Notes: generated by a model not told the origin, from the letters alone. A stretch of 64,000 nucleotides of DNA from Klebsormidium nitens (GCA_000708835.1 DF237457.1:2678-66677); one strand, 5' to 3'; positions 1-13,400 are shown, counted from the stretch's first letter. Made by a program: numbers and translations.

Positions 1-165
1 TCTGCCGCCCCTACATTGCACTTCAACCCGTGAACCCGCCCTCCGGAGGCATTCTCCAAGCCTCTAAGAGAGGCCACAGCTTTGTCCACACCCTCCTGGG
101 TACGTGAGCATATGACCAGATTGTCCCCTTGCTTCAGAAACTCCTGAGCAAGGGCGAAACCCAGC
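1..165 (-). CDS. Partial exon of a short-chain dehydrogenase/reductase, chlorophyll b reductase (NOL/NYC1)-like; gene continues beyond the window start
   Basis: After a TTTTGCAG acceptor (ends at 166) the minus strand reads LGFALAQEFLKQGDNLVICSRTQEGVDKAVASL...VHGLKCNVGAA, which resembles the Rossmann alphaB-betaB region of NOL-type SDRs (GYALAREFLKAGDNVVICSR). The upstream TGxxxG exon could not be joined in frame. Confidence 0.7.
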
Positions 166-1154
166 CTGCAAAAGAAAGGGGCCTCGAACTGACCAACAAC
201 TTCCAAGTTCAAAATTAACGTACACATACCTTGGTCCCTCAAGAACTCCGCTTTTTCAACACATTGGCAAGGCCGGTGCAATACAGAATGTTTGAGCGAG
301 TATTCCTCTATCTACCACTTGAAATCATGGTCATAAGACCTGGGTAAATTACCATGAAGCTCGACCACACTCACCCTTTTGACGCACCAGTCACGACGAC
401 GCCGCTTGGAGTTGCAGAGGAAAGCGATGCTCTGAAGCAAGTTCTGCTCTGTACAAAAAAGGTAGTCATTGCTCGTGAGGGACAAACTCATGCAGGCTGG
501 AAAGTTCATTAGCAGGGATTCCAATAGTGGCGCTGTGTACCGGGGCATGGTCGTGACGTTAGATGCATTCAAACATCTGGTGGCAGAAAGTCCGTTGTTG
601 GCACAGCAATCAATATACTGCTGGACTACATACCTGTAGACGAGTTGGACCCGCATTGTGTCTTTGACTAGCGCCCTGCCAAATTCCAGTATGCCCGGGC
701 AGGAGGATTTGATGGTCTTGCTTAAGGCCACCCCAGCTGAACCCCCAAAGACTTTTCCGGAGCATAGATCCAGGTCTTCTAAGGTGAACACCCTTCCAAA
801 AGTTGGCTTCATTCCGGATGTTTGACGCAACAGGATGACTGGTGCTGATTGGCCTTCCGCATACTTTTACAAGTGTAACTTCCTTCAGATGGGGACTGAC
901 TGCAGCTGCCATGACGCTATGTCAACAACGCTTCGATCCTCTTTTTTAATGAAAAACGTTATCTCGCTTATTGCAGGCAGCTTCCACCAGACAGAACACC
1001 TAGAAAAGAGAATCTACAGACAGGCAGCTCCCTCACTCCCTGGAAGAAGTCAATGGCGAGATACTGCTAGTTTGCTTTAAGTTTGCGGCACAAATACAGC
1101 CTTCATCAGACATCTGATTCTGCATTTCCTCGCCCTTTGTCCAGAGTTGTTTTA

Positions 1155-1543
1155 GGGTGTCGTTCCACGGGCGGTGGTGGAAGTCAGGAGAATAAATAAA
1201 ATATGTGGCTCTGAAGAGGCCGGAATTTGCCTGGAAGTTCAATATTATACCAATTTCCGGCCGCTCGTGGAACAGCTCGCCGGTGGAAGTGGCATTCAAA
1301 AAATACGCACTTACTGCAGAATCCGACATGGCATCCTCTCATTCGCTGATTGAGTGCCACGTCCCGGCACAGAAAAATATTTTCGTTCGACCCTACAAAT
1401 ACTCGGGTCGAGTTTTAATAAAAGTTGTGCCGCCGACGTGGCATTTATTTGCCCGGAAGTCCGCCCGTTGACCGACGGCAGAAACAATTTGGGCCAATCA
1501 GGGAATTTATATTTCTACTTCCACCGCTCGTGGAACGACACCC
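1155..1543. mobile_element. Tourist-like (PIF/Harbinger) MITE, 389 bp
   Basis: Terminal inverted repeats GGGTGTCGTTCCACG(G/A)GCGGTGG match at 22/23 and continue through AAGT after a 3-nt indel. TTA flanks both ends (1152-1154 and 1544-1546). No transposase ORF. Confidence 0.8.
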
Positions 1544-2084
1544 TTAGTTCAACTTCAAGCAAAGACGTCGTCGTCAGTGCATTCAACGACAAATCTGACA
1601 CAACAAAATTCTTTGCAGACACCCCATGTAAATACTCTCAAATTCAAGCTTGTCTTGACAAAGGCCGTCCGTCGTTCTTCAAAACCAGGCCATCGACGGT
1701 TTTGTATGAATCTTCTTGGCGCCACAAATCAAAGCCTGGATCACTTCCTGATCCTTGAAAACATCTGATCAAGTCTGGGCTTTTGACTGTTGACAAGGGC
1801 TTTGAAGTCTCTGCGGCAGAGCAAAGGTCTGAGAGGGGAGAGCAGGGTGCGCTGGTGAAGTTGGAGGCTGCCGCTGTGCGAGAGTCAATCATTTTTGTTG
1901 GTGTCTGGCTCTCTGATTGGCATTGCTCAAAGGGGACCTGGACATCAAACGGCCCTGTCTAGAGTCGAACATGAAGCACGGCGAAGCGCTTTGGTTTCAA
2001 TTCACTTCCCAAAAGCTACTTCGAAGATAGGGCAAGGCTGACTTTGCTAGATCGAGATCGGAAGCCGGCAGGGGTTCACCAGCC

Positions 2085-5000
2085 ATGACCATGTCTGCAC
2101 TTTCAAATGGAAGTCACACATCAAGGGGGTCTTCACTGTCCTACGGAAGCTTAGGATCGGTGGGAAGGTGGAAGCTTGATGAGCAGAAGCGCAGACTACG
2201 TGAGGCAAAAAGACGAGCAAGCGGGTGTGTGCAAGAGATAAAGGTTTTGAAGGAGGAATGCTCTGGTCTGAGTGCCAAAATCAACGACGATGAAATAAAA
2301 CAGCAAGGTTTGCAGGAGCAGAAGGAGCAACTGCAAACCAGCCCAGCAGGTTAGGGACCGTGTCTCTGTATTCCTGATACCATTTGTGTGGATTCTGAAG
2401 CTTGGTTCAAGCAAGTTCCTATCTGTGCAGGTTGGCTGTTTAAAATGATCAGAATCTTTTGCAAAGGCACAATTGGCAAAATGATGCCAAACTTGTTATT
2501 GGTGGGCTAGTAGTTTTGCTAGCAAGCTAGGGGCATATGGTCTGGACTCTGTTCCCAGACCTGAGTGCCAATGCAAGGCTCCTTAAATGATTCAAAATGA
2601 AAGTTCCATAAAGGCGTCAGCTTTGTAGTCATAAATAGCTCTTCTCCAATATATCTGTTGATAGAAGCGGACTTGCTCCTTCCAGTCCTTCCAACGATTG
2701 TACGAACAATCTGATTGTGCAGGTGGTTCACAACTAGCGGAGATTGAAGAAAAGCTTCGTGAAATCCGAAAGCAGATCAAAGCAGACAAAATGGAGTTGG
2801 ACAAGGCAACCAAGCTGCTTGACGAGCGTCTTGAAGATCAGCGGCTTTTGTATGAGCAGCTCTTGACAGATGAGAAGGCTATCCAGAAGGCAGAGAACGA
2901 GGAGACCTCATCGACAGATGCTGCCCTGCAAAGAGAGCTGAAGCATCTGTCAGAGGAGATGCTGCGGTTGCAGGTGAGGCCCTTTGACTTAGAAGGAACA
3001 GTAGCTTCCGCTGAGGATCGTGCCTTGTATCTGGAAGACTAACATGCACACCTTTTGGTAATATTGAGAGCAGTTACCTCTTGTCGCTCAACCTGGTGAA
3101 GTCCGTTAGGTTTATCAGTAGACAATTTGTTCAGTTGGTCATAGTTGACAGTAACAGCTGGCTGTCCACAACATCAAGAGTTGCAGATCAATAGACAAGC
3201 TGTCCAGGTAGTCTTTGCTGACAGCTGTCTGTCTTCAACATTGAGAATTGCAGAAAGTGAAAGTTATTCTGGTCTTTATTGCAATTATTCAAGTCATTGA
3301 CTCCAGGGATCAACATCTACATGTTTCTGATACAGGGGCTTTGTCAAGAGATGCAAGAGTTGCAGACCCAGTGCAGCACTGTCAAAGAGCAGGAGGAAGA
3401 ATCGGCCCTGGTCTTACGTCCGCAAGACGAGAATGTTGTCAGCGGTCTCTCCTCAAAACGCGAGCTACATGGGTCGTCAGGGAAGAATGCTGTTATTCGC
3501 CAAGAAAGGGACCAGCTTGAGAGGGAACTTGCAGCAGCAAAGGCAGTGGCCGACTCAATTCGCAGGGTAAGTGTTTGTTGCAATCAGGCCCGAAGCTTGC
3601 CAAGGAAAACATCTGGCGAAATTATACATGGAGAATATCAGAAGCGGCTCGACTCCCTTTCCAAATCCGCATGTTGTATGTATGTAACCTAGCATCGGAA
3701 GATTCTCAGTCAAGTATGTGAGGACAATTTTGAGGTTCTGTATAGACAGGGGCATGAGCAGAAAGGCCTTGCTGATATACCTGTGGCATACGAATCTGTT
3801 TCACCTTTCCCTGATCATGCTTCTGGTCAGGATGACCAGTCAAGGACAGCAGATTCTTGGGCTACACTCCAATGTTGCCAAAACGGCTAGTTTCTGGTGA
3901 TGATGTTCAACCACAGTGTTTGCTAATCCTAGCACCTGGGAGGTGACGTCTTGTAAACAAAAGGTGGTCAGGAAGCAGGACATAAGGAACTTAAGACTTG
4001 AAGCTTTTCTGCTCTATGCAGGAGGCTGAAGAGAAGGCTGCCAGCCGCCAACAGCAGCTGACCGCGTTGACTGAGGAGTTGGAACATTTGAAAGCCGCGA
4101 ACGCCGAGCTGAGCCAGGAGGTGCCGCTGCTGTCGGCACAAAACCAGCAGTTGAAAGACGAGCAGGAAGCGCAGGCGCGCAGGACGGAGGAGCTCCAGAT
4201 GACCATCGACTACATGCAAGAGTGGCAGGCGGTTTTGAAGCAGAAGGTGGCGCGTAGCACGGGCAAGAGCTTTGGGGGAGTAAACGACCAAGGCTCAGCA
4301 GAACGGGGGGGTGCAAGTGCTGAGAGGAATCGGGGAGGTTTGGCCAAGCGGCTAGACTTCGAGGACGGGATGCTGAGCCCCGACTCTGTGGCCCAGAACC
4401 GAACACCGGACTCAGAGATGCGCGGGAGAGACGCGTGCGCACGGATCTTTGTTCAGGGCCTGGAGCGCGCCATGGTGGGGACGCCGCTGACTGTGCCCGT
4501 CCAGGAGGAAGAAGGGGACCTGCTACAGCTTGTGCGCGACGTGGAGAGGGACATGGGGGGAGAGCGCATCCGCGAGCTCGAGTCCCTTGTCTCGAAACTG
4601 ACGTCAGAGGCGGAGGAGCTCCGCAAGGGGTCCCTGGAGGACGCACTGGCAGCTGGAGAGCAAGGGGAAGAGGAGCCGTTTGAGAAGGAGGCGAACCTGG
4701 TTCAGCAATTGGCGGAAGAGCAGGCGAAGAGAGAGGCGGCTGAGAGGCGAAGTGAGGAGCTGGCTAGGCAGTTGATGGATCAGGCGCTCTTCGGGAATGC
4801 ACAAGATACCAATGGTATCTTAGAAGACGCTGGAAGGAGGCAAGGAGTTGCAGTCCAAGGTAGCGAGGAGTCTGACGTTCCTGGCGGACTTCTTTCAGGT
4901 GATCATTTGCTGGTTTTCGACTTGAGGTTTTCGTTCCGATTCCTTTCCTTTCAATCGAACGGCAGGTCCTGAAGCGATTACTGCTTACTCAGGTCCAAGT

Positions 5001-5617
5001 GGCGCCCATGATACCTCGAATAATCAGGCGGAAGAGAAGATTGTTCAACCTAAGCAGAAGCTGCAGATTGGATGGCTGCTTAATGTATGCCCCTTCCAGA
5101 CGTGTCGTCGTGAAGGCGCAAGGGTGCCTTGAAATGAATCTCTCTTTTACCTCTGCACTTTGATGCTAGCTGAGTTCCAGGCCCTTGAATAACCCATCGT
5201 TTGACAGCCCCTGCTTATTAGCCGGTTGGGTACCCGGCACGAGAAGGGCTCTAATAAAAGTCCTTGGCTGTTGCTAAACATTTACCACGCACTTCTGCAG
5301 ATGCCTCTCATTCAGTCAACCTGGATGAGATGGTGGCGAACCTTTCCCAAAAGCTGTCACAGACGGAGGCTGCAAGAGAAGAAGCGGAGGAGACGGTGTT
5401 TGAGCTGGTCAAGGATCTAGCCACTTTGCGTGGCCAATATGAAGCCTCCCGACGTGACAAGCGGATCGCCTCCAGTTTGCAACGCGAATACGAAGCTTTA
5501 ACCCGGCGTCTAACCTGGCGAAGTGTATTGGTGGCCGCGCAAGTTGCTCTGTTCCTGTACTTCGCTTTTGCAGTAGCTGGGGAGCTAGGATTATGTGGGT
5601 TTTTAAGCCCCACATAG
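2085..5617 (+). CDS. Long coiled-coil protein with a C-terminal transmembrane helix (tail-anchored; KASH-like tail ...FLSPT)
   Basis: Exons 2085-2349, 2723-2973, 3336-3566, 4022-4898, ~4993-5083 (the junction to the last exon is unresolved) and 5301-5617. E/Q/L/K-rich heptad segments, then a hydrophobic SVLVAAQVALFLYFAFAVAG and an 11-aa tail ending in TAG at 5615-5617. Confidence 0.75.
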
Positions 5618-7458
5618 CTATCGAGATTGCAAGGTCAGGGAAGAGCTGATATTGGCGCCCTCTCTCTTACAATCTCAAACGGGATCAGAAATCAGTATTC
5701 AGGTGGAACAAGCGAGACATTGTTGGAGCGAGTAGAAAGACTCGATATTTGGTAGGCAATCCCATCCGTTGTATAATTTGCAAGAGCATACTCGGAGTAT
5801 TCAAGTCACCTATTTTCAGCGAACCATTACAAGGTCCACTAGTTCATCTGTCGAAGGGTTTCATTGCGTTGGTGGCTAAGCACAATGGTCATGTCTTTAT
5901 GATCTTGGGAGATGTACATATACTACACTTCTATGTTCGAAGGCTCGATTTGTAGAATCGTTGCAGGCCACAAGGTGTACCAGTAAACTTAAGTGTTCCT
6001 TCTCGCGATCAGAGTCATTTGATATCACAAATGTATGCTGACCGTGCCGCGTCCAACCGCTTTGTATGAATGAACATGGGATGGCTGAGTCAATCTAGTA
6101 GACACTGATCCTGCCATGATCGGACGCAGGCAGCTTATATACTCCGTCAGTGGAATCCGCATCATTAATTGAAGATCTAAATCCAGAATATTCAACGTGT
6201 GCCCAACATGTTTCGACTACGTACGTAGGTACGCCCGCTGCAAGCATGCGGCGGCATGCCATATTGAGCAGCTCGCGCTTGACCGTCCGATCGAATCACG
6301 GATCGACGGTCTGCTCCGACCGTCCCGTCAATAGCCGCGGCCGCCTGACGCTATCATCGCGCCCGGCCGCGGGGTGCCAGGGCGGCTACCAGAGGGGTTT
6401 GAGCAGGGTTTAGGCGGGTTTGATTCAAATTCAAAAGGTGACGCAGCTAGGTATTACCGGCGCGCCGCGCAGTTTACAGCCTCCGGTGCAGGGTTTCAGG
6501 ATCATGCAGGGGTTTCAACTTTCTGCCTCCTAGGTAAATCACGGCCCATGCACACCAAGGGCCAAGGGCCAGGCGCACCTGAACTTGGACTTGAAGATCC
6601 CTGAGGCTGTAGGCAAGAGGTGTAGTGCTCAGGCTTTTCTGAAGCGCTCGTTGCAGGTGCTATTATGGTTTTCTGCTGGCACTCTCGAGTCTGATTCCGC
6701 TGCTTCAGCATGAAGACGTTGAGGTTCTAGATTGACGCGGATCGGCCCAGCTTGATCAAACTGAGATGCTGGGCATTTGGAGCAACTGTCTCTACTAATT
6801 CAAGGTAGGCACAAAAGCGTTTGTCCTCAACGGGGCTTTTGCAAGTTGAAGAGCGCACCAATATGGTTGACGATCTGCTGCAGGCAGAGGAATTTTTGAA
6901 TCACTGGTGCCTTTTTAGGGCTCATTAAGATTCGGATCCTTGTGTAAGCAAAAGTTGCACCAAGAAGCTGGCCAGGCTCTTCCCTTTCCCTCTGACCCAC
7001 TGATAAGGAGGAAGGCTGTAGAAAGGGTTTGCCACTGAAAGGTCATGAAGTGACCCCCTGATGAGTCAGATGGGAGCTCTGCCTTTCCTCCGCTACATGA
7101 TCAAGATAAGTTAGTGCTGCTGCAATTGTAGAGATTTGCTGGGACTTGACTCGATGACACTTCAGTGTCGTCCCTCACACCATTTAATAGGGCGATGCTG
7201 AGCTCCCACAGGAACAGGGTCTTACTTTGAGACAAGGAAACCAGCACTTTAGCTGTTGAAGAGTGCCCGTGCTGTTGCAGCTCATGTAGCAGTTTCTTAT
7301 GATAATGAAGAAGACGTGCATCTTATAACATTTACACGCATCTAAGCTTCAAATCTTTCTTGACAGTATTCCTGTCTCAGTGTTGTCGCATGAGCTGAAC
7401 TGATTGCCAAGCGCTACCTTTCCACTGCAGACCCAGCACTTAGCCCGGTGCCATCACA

Positions 7459-10400
7459 ATGATTCCAGGGGGAGGGGCCATGCCAGGCCAGGCTGGCTTT
7501 GGCCCTGAACTGAGCGAGGCGCAAAAGATGGCGGCTTTTGCTCCCCTAGACAAGCCTTTGCTCATTGTTGCTGCAGCGGTTAGTACCGTAGCAATAGCGG
7601 TTGCTTCATGCTTGGTCGTGGCTGTCAGGCAGGAGTGTTTTACGAGGCCCTTGCATGATGGGCATCCATCAAAAGTGATTGCATCCTTTCAAATACCAAT
7701 CAAAGTGTGTTCTTACATGAATAATCTTGCTTCCCTTGCATTTGCATACTCTGCACTTCAATGGCTAGAAAGCGTTCGCAGCTTTGGGCTTGCACAGTGT
7801 TGTCTCCGAAATTTTGGTTGCAGCTGAGAAGACCAGATCGCTTTGTAGTTTGTGCAGACTGACGGGACCGTTGGGGCACTTTGATGAAAGACTCACAGCA
7901 AGCAACTTCAAGGGAATGCCAAATTGGTTATTAGCAATGTTTTCGAGACCAACACCTTCCAGCACAAACAATGTTCTTTTTGTTACATTTCCGATTTGAC
8001 GCTGCAGGGCTCAGGCAAAACGTCTGTCCTGTGTCACAGGATCCTCCACATGATTGCCCAGGTGAGCAGCACCTCTACTTCGGACTGCAGATGGCATTGT
8101 TGACTGGCTCTCCCGCAGATACGATTCACCAGGTGTATTTGATCACATGTTCGTTCTATTAAGGCTCCAGCATGCATTGGTCATATATATTTTGCAGAGG
8201 GAAGGTGACCAAACTTCAGCTTTCAGGAGATTGTAAGATGCAAATGTGGAACACGGTAAGCTCCTGTGACACCTTTTTCTTTCGTGGTACAGGGCATCGA
8301 ACCAGGCAGCGTCTTGGCAGTAACGGTAGGTCCACGGCAATCCTGCTCGGCAATATTGCCATGATATTGCACGAAATGACGGTCAGGAACCTGGATGGCA
8401 ATGCTTGTCGAGGTTCTCGTCAACGTGAGATGTGAAAGGGCCCCGCGGGTCCTTAGCCCCATTTACAATATTAACCTCGTCTTCTCCAGTTCACACGCCG
8501 TGCCGGGCAAGACCTTTTGCGCCGTATCCGTGCGCTCGCGCAACTGCCCGGCCTGGGCCCTGCGCATGCAACTGCGTGCGAGCGCGTGCGCGTGGGCACG
8601 TTTCACTCGTTCTGCCTCTCGGTCCTGCGCAAGCACCCCGAGAAGGCGGGCCTGGCACGCAACTTTGCCGTGTACACGCCCAAGATGCAGGTGAGGCGTG
8701 CTTCGCTCGCCTCACAGTCTTGCTTCATGCTCCAACATGCATGTGAGAAAGTGATTGGTCCCCTAGCAGCTTAGGAGTGGGACGAATTGTCCCTTTTAAA
8801 CTCACAGCTTTGCGCATTGGCTTAGCGTGGTCCTTTCAGTGCGAAGCTTCTGCTTTCAGATGCATGACGTATGCACTGATATTTCGTTTACTCAAGGATC
8901 GAGTAGGTTGTTACGACAAGTGCTCTGGAAATTCCACTCGGATCCTTCTTCTACAGAGGGACCTTCTGCTGGGGCTGGTGCACGAGTACTACATTGGCAT
9001 GGGCATGATCCAGCAACGGCGCCAGGGACGGCCCATCCCTCAGGTGCAAAGTCACACAATCTCTTGTTCGACGACAGGCAAAGGCTTGCGTAAGAGGCAA
9101 AAGCACCTAGCTTGGATGGTCGAAACTTCATCCGAACCGTTGTTTGATTGAACTCCTTCGACGCATCGTTTGTGGAAACTTCTGCTCGATATGGTCAGAT
9201 TGCTGGTATCGACCTCACATTCGCTGCCCACTTTCAGCGCTCAACTCAAGCCAATTTTTAACTTCGTCAAATTGTTGAACGGGTTCGATCCGACCTCAAA
9301 CACTCGTGCGATTACCGATCCGCAAGGAAACCGTAGCTTATCTTTGCTGACAGGAGCTGCACTCGAGCGCCGCGCTGGTGAGGTCTCTGCCGCCCGAGCA
9401 GCGAGCCCAGTTCCAAGCAGAAGCTGCCCGCCTACTGCGCAAGATTAGCCGACTGCAGGCTGACGCGGGTGGGTGTTTCGTCGTGTCTTTTGAAGCCTAG
9501 GATGCCGGCAAGAGAGCAGGAGTGGAAAGGAGAATCGAAATGAGAATATCCAGCCGTCTTGCATAAGGTCGACAAGCGCGGGTGGGTGGAACTCACGTCG
9601 ACAAGGGGGCAAGAACCCTGGCCTAAAGCTGCCCCTGGGCAGATCTTTGGGTCGCGAAGAGTCTTTTCGGCGTTCCAACGGTCCTTCAAAACCTCAACTT
9701 CGAGTAGGTTGATAGATCCAAGGTTCTTCGGATAATCCTCATGATGCTTCCGTTGCATGCATTTTCTGACGACCGGAACCTTTGTTAGCCTGCATAAGCC
9801 TCCCCTGCAAGTTGTTCTTTGGTCCAATGCTCCATGTTTACCACTTCCCACACCTTTCGCAGGCGCGGGGTCGAGCCAGAGCATCCTGGGAGACGGTACC
9901 GACAACGAGATGTTCTCGTGGATCTACGACCACTATAAGCAGCGGCTGCGCGAGGTCAACGGAGTCGACTTCAACGGGTTCATCAGGTGCGGGTGTCTTC
10001 TTGAGTCGCCATTTGAGCGACTGCGCTTGATTGGTTTGATTGTCTGTCTTCTCCTGAACGGCTTATGTACGTCGCCTCTTCCTTTTCGAAGATGGCGTCG
10101 TTGCTTGCCGACCGTTTTTCTGTTTGTCGTTGGTACACCTGGTCGACCCTCTTGGTGCTGGTGCAGATGAGTGTTGTGCGTACGATCAAGTGTTGATATG
10201 AAGGTATGTCTCCACAACGGGTTTCTGTGTTGATAATCATCGTCCTCTGCGTACCTCTTTGGATAGCCCCCCTCTGATTTGGTTACAACCCTCAAGGTCC
10301 AGTACAGCCAGACCGGTTTTTCTTCGCGGTCTCGTTTAAGTGGTGACCGTCGGAAGGGCTTTCGCGGGGTTCCCATCAGGAGATTCTCCTCAGTTTGCCG

Positions 10401-13400
10401 TCTTTCCACCTCCAATGGAGTTGCGGAACACTGGAAAACCATTGTTTCCTTCTTCGGCAGGCACACCGTGAAGCTGTTCCAGTCCTGCCCGGAGGTACTA
10501 CAACAGCAGCGGGGCCAGTCAAGATACGTGCTTGGTAAGACCCGTTTGTTTCGAACGCCTGATTGTAAACGCGGTGCTGATTAGATGGATCGCTACTGGA
10601 CATCTGCTAGTGTAGCTTTGACCGGTAGAAGTTAGGATTACGATACACTGTGATGGACGTCCGCTGCTTCGACAGAGTTGGCTTGATTCTGGTCACTTGA
10701 TGGACCAGGAGAGATATTATCTTTTTGATGAGAGGGAACGACACAATGCTCGTCCTGAATTTCGCCTCATATCCTGGTCGGCTGTTTTGTCCCTGTTGTA
10801 AGCTCATAAACGGTCTCTTAACCTGATCAAATGTGTTGTCTCTCTTGTAATATCACAGATGACCCACAGAGCTAAGTTGTGGAGCCTTTGCGGTCTTTCA
10901 AACCGACAACGAAATTGTTTCCAACAAATAGAAGCATCTTTGCCTCCAGCCACAGAAATTTGATCTCCCTCCTTCCTTTGCAGTCGACGAGTTCCAGGAC
11001 ACTGACACGTGTCAGTTCGAGCTGCTCCGCCTGCTGTGCGCGCCCGCGCCCGGCGACTCGGGCCGCGTGACGGTGGTGGGCGACGATGACCAGCAGATCT
11101 ACACATGGCGGGGCGCCGCGGGCCTGCGCAACTTCGCGGCATTTGACGAAGCGTTCCCGGATGCCAAGACAGTGCTGCTAGAACAGGTGAGCAGCAGGCG
11201 TATGGGAAAAGGGTCACTGACACTCTGACCATCTCTCGGTGCGCTTTCTCTACTTGTGCAGCACTTTAACGTCTTGAAGTCACACCCGTCTTGAAGTCAT
11301 GAGTTGTGGTCATCCTTTCTTGTTAACTGTACTGTCCAACTCAGAAAATTTGCTTGGAGCATCTAGAAACGTAATAGCAAGTTTATCGCAAAGCGCTGTC
11401 TGTCTTATGCTTTGAGCAGCATACTAGAGTGGACGCGCGCAACAACTGCGTCCCAATAGACATCGCAGCCCGTCCCTAGCACTTTTGTCCCTTCACTTCT
11501 GTTTCGTTTCGTTGGAAATCTATTTTAGGGCCTCCTCACCCTCGTCCGCCCTTCCGCTCCGTGCAGAACTTTCGGTGCTCCGCCGCCATCGTCTCCGCGT
11601 CGCGCATGGTCATCTCGCGCAACACGCGGCGCCGCGCCAAGTCCATCCGGCCGGTCGCCCCCTTCGGAGTCGCCGTCACTGTTTCCGAGTGCCGCAACGA
11701 GGCGTGCGAGGCGACCGAGGTAGCCGAGGCCATTCACGAACTGGTCGCCGCGCAAGGCCTTGTTCTGAGCGAGATCGTCGTGCTTTACCGGCTGCAAAGA
11801 GTGGGGCTCGACGTCATGCAGGGCCTCCGAGCGCGGGGGATCGCGTGCCACTTCAAAGGGAGCGGGTCCGGTGGGGGTGGGGGAGAGGAGGGGTTTGGGT
11901 TTGGCGCGAGCGGGGGTGGGAGTGCTTTCGAGGACGTTTTGGCTGTGTTAGCCTTAGTGGTGAACGAGGGAAACGATGCGGCGTGCGCGCAGTTACTGCA
12001 CACGTGCAGCCAACACGTGGCGGCCCCCGACGGCGCGGCACTGGCCTGCGTAAGCCTCCTGAACCACGAGAAGGGGATCCCCCTGCTGGCCGCAATCAAA
12101 AGCGTGCGCGCGCATGCGCTCGGAGTCATGCCGTGCGCAGAGCTGCGGGAGTTCGCGCCGGCCCAATCGCTGGACGCCACGTCAGCAACCATCGGCGCCA
12201 TGCTGGCGGTGTTGAGGATCGTAGCGGCCGCGAAGCAGGAGGCGCAGCAACTGGGGTGCAAGGACCTGGTTCTAAACGTACTGAAGCAAGTGGCGCCGTA
12301 TCACGGAAGCGAGGCGCAAGATGGAGAAGAAGTGCCTACACAAGGGACGAGAACAGGGAAATCGTCGCAGCCTGGAAAGGGAAACGGGGTCAAGGGGAGC
12401 TTCGCGTTTGCGGGCATCAAGGCGCTGATTCGAGAAGCGGAGCTGTTTGAGGAAGCCGAATCAAGTCGCGTGCCCGAGACGCCTAGCGCATTAAAGCCCC
12501 CATTGAGCCAAGCAGAGGGTGCGGCCTTAGACGGAACGTATACAACCGGCGGAATGACGTCGGCGAGAAACGTGGGAACGGTTATTCAGGACGGCAGTCC
12601 GCTCCGGCGAGAAGGCGTTTCGTTACGGCCGGAACAGGTGCCATGTCAGCCCCTGGGTAGGGACAATGGGGCAGAGGCGAGCACCAGCGGACGGGGCCAG
12701 GACCCGCAACTCTCGGGGGGGCAGAATGGCTGTGTTAAAACACCCCTGCAGGGACGGGAGCAAAGGGAGGGCTGGCTGACACCGCCGCCTAGCAGGGGGC
12801 TGAGCAACTTGGATAACACGCCGTTGAGGATGGGGTCCCAAGGTTCGGGGCAACAATCGAGCCATCTGAGAACGTCGGCAAGCAGAGGGGGTGAGTGGAA
12901 TCTGCAGGCTCTGCTTGCAATGTCCTGTTGTTGCCATCTTATTGTAACTAAGTTAGAAGGGTTGAGAAAACCAGAACTTATATATCTCTCCGCTCCGGTA
13001 AGCGAAGCAATCAAAGACTTTGCTCCCTGAGATGGACTAGCAAAAGCACAGGTTACTCTACTTGACTGCATAAATTGTGCATCTAACGACCGTGCAGTGA
13101 ACACGCAAAGCTCTGCCCTACTGTCATTTGTGGGCGACTCGTATCGGGCAGCTTCATTTTTGTGCAGAAGCTTGCACAGAAAAAAATTGTCGCGCTTTTG
13201 ATTTTTTAAGTACATGCTCATACTCTTTCCAGAGAACCAAGGCCTATTGTATCCAGGATTCAACGATGTCGTATTTCGGAGTTATAATCATCAGCGCGTT
13301 GTAGGCATCGGAGCTTCTAAAGGTCTTGTATTTCGCTGCTTCCTTCCGCTCCGCTTTTCAGGTCACACGTCCCCCCGCTTTGCAGGCTGCGGTCCTGCGC

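Noticed and set aside
7058-7064. CTGATGA hammerhead ribozyme core
   Set aside because: The nearby GAAA and stem are not followed by a UH cleavage triplet or a stem I, so the topology cannot be built.
11485-12450. Long alternative-frame and antisense ORFs over GC-rich exons (also 4014-4646, 57512-57895, 58773-59459, 61627-62139)
   Set aside because: They shadow real coding exons with high GC3, and their R/P/G-rich translations have no motifs.
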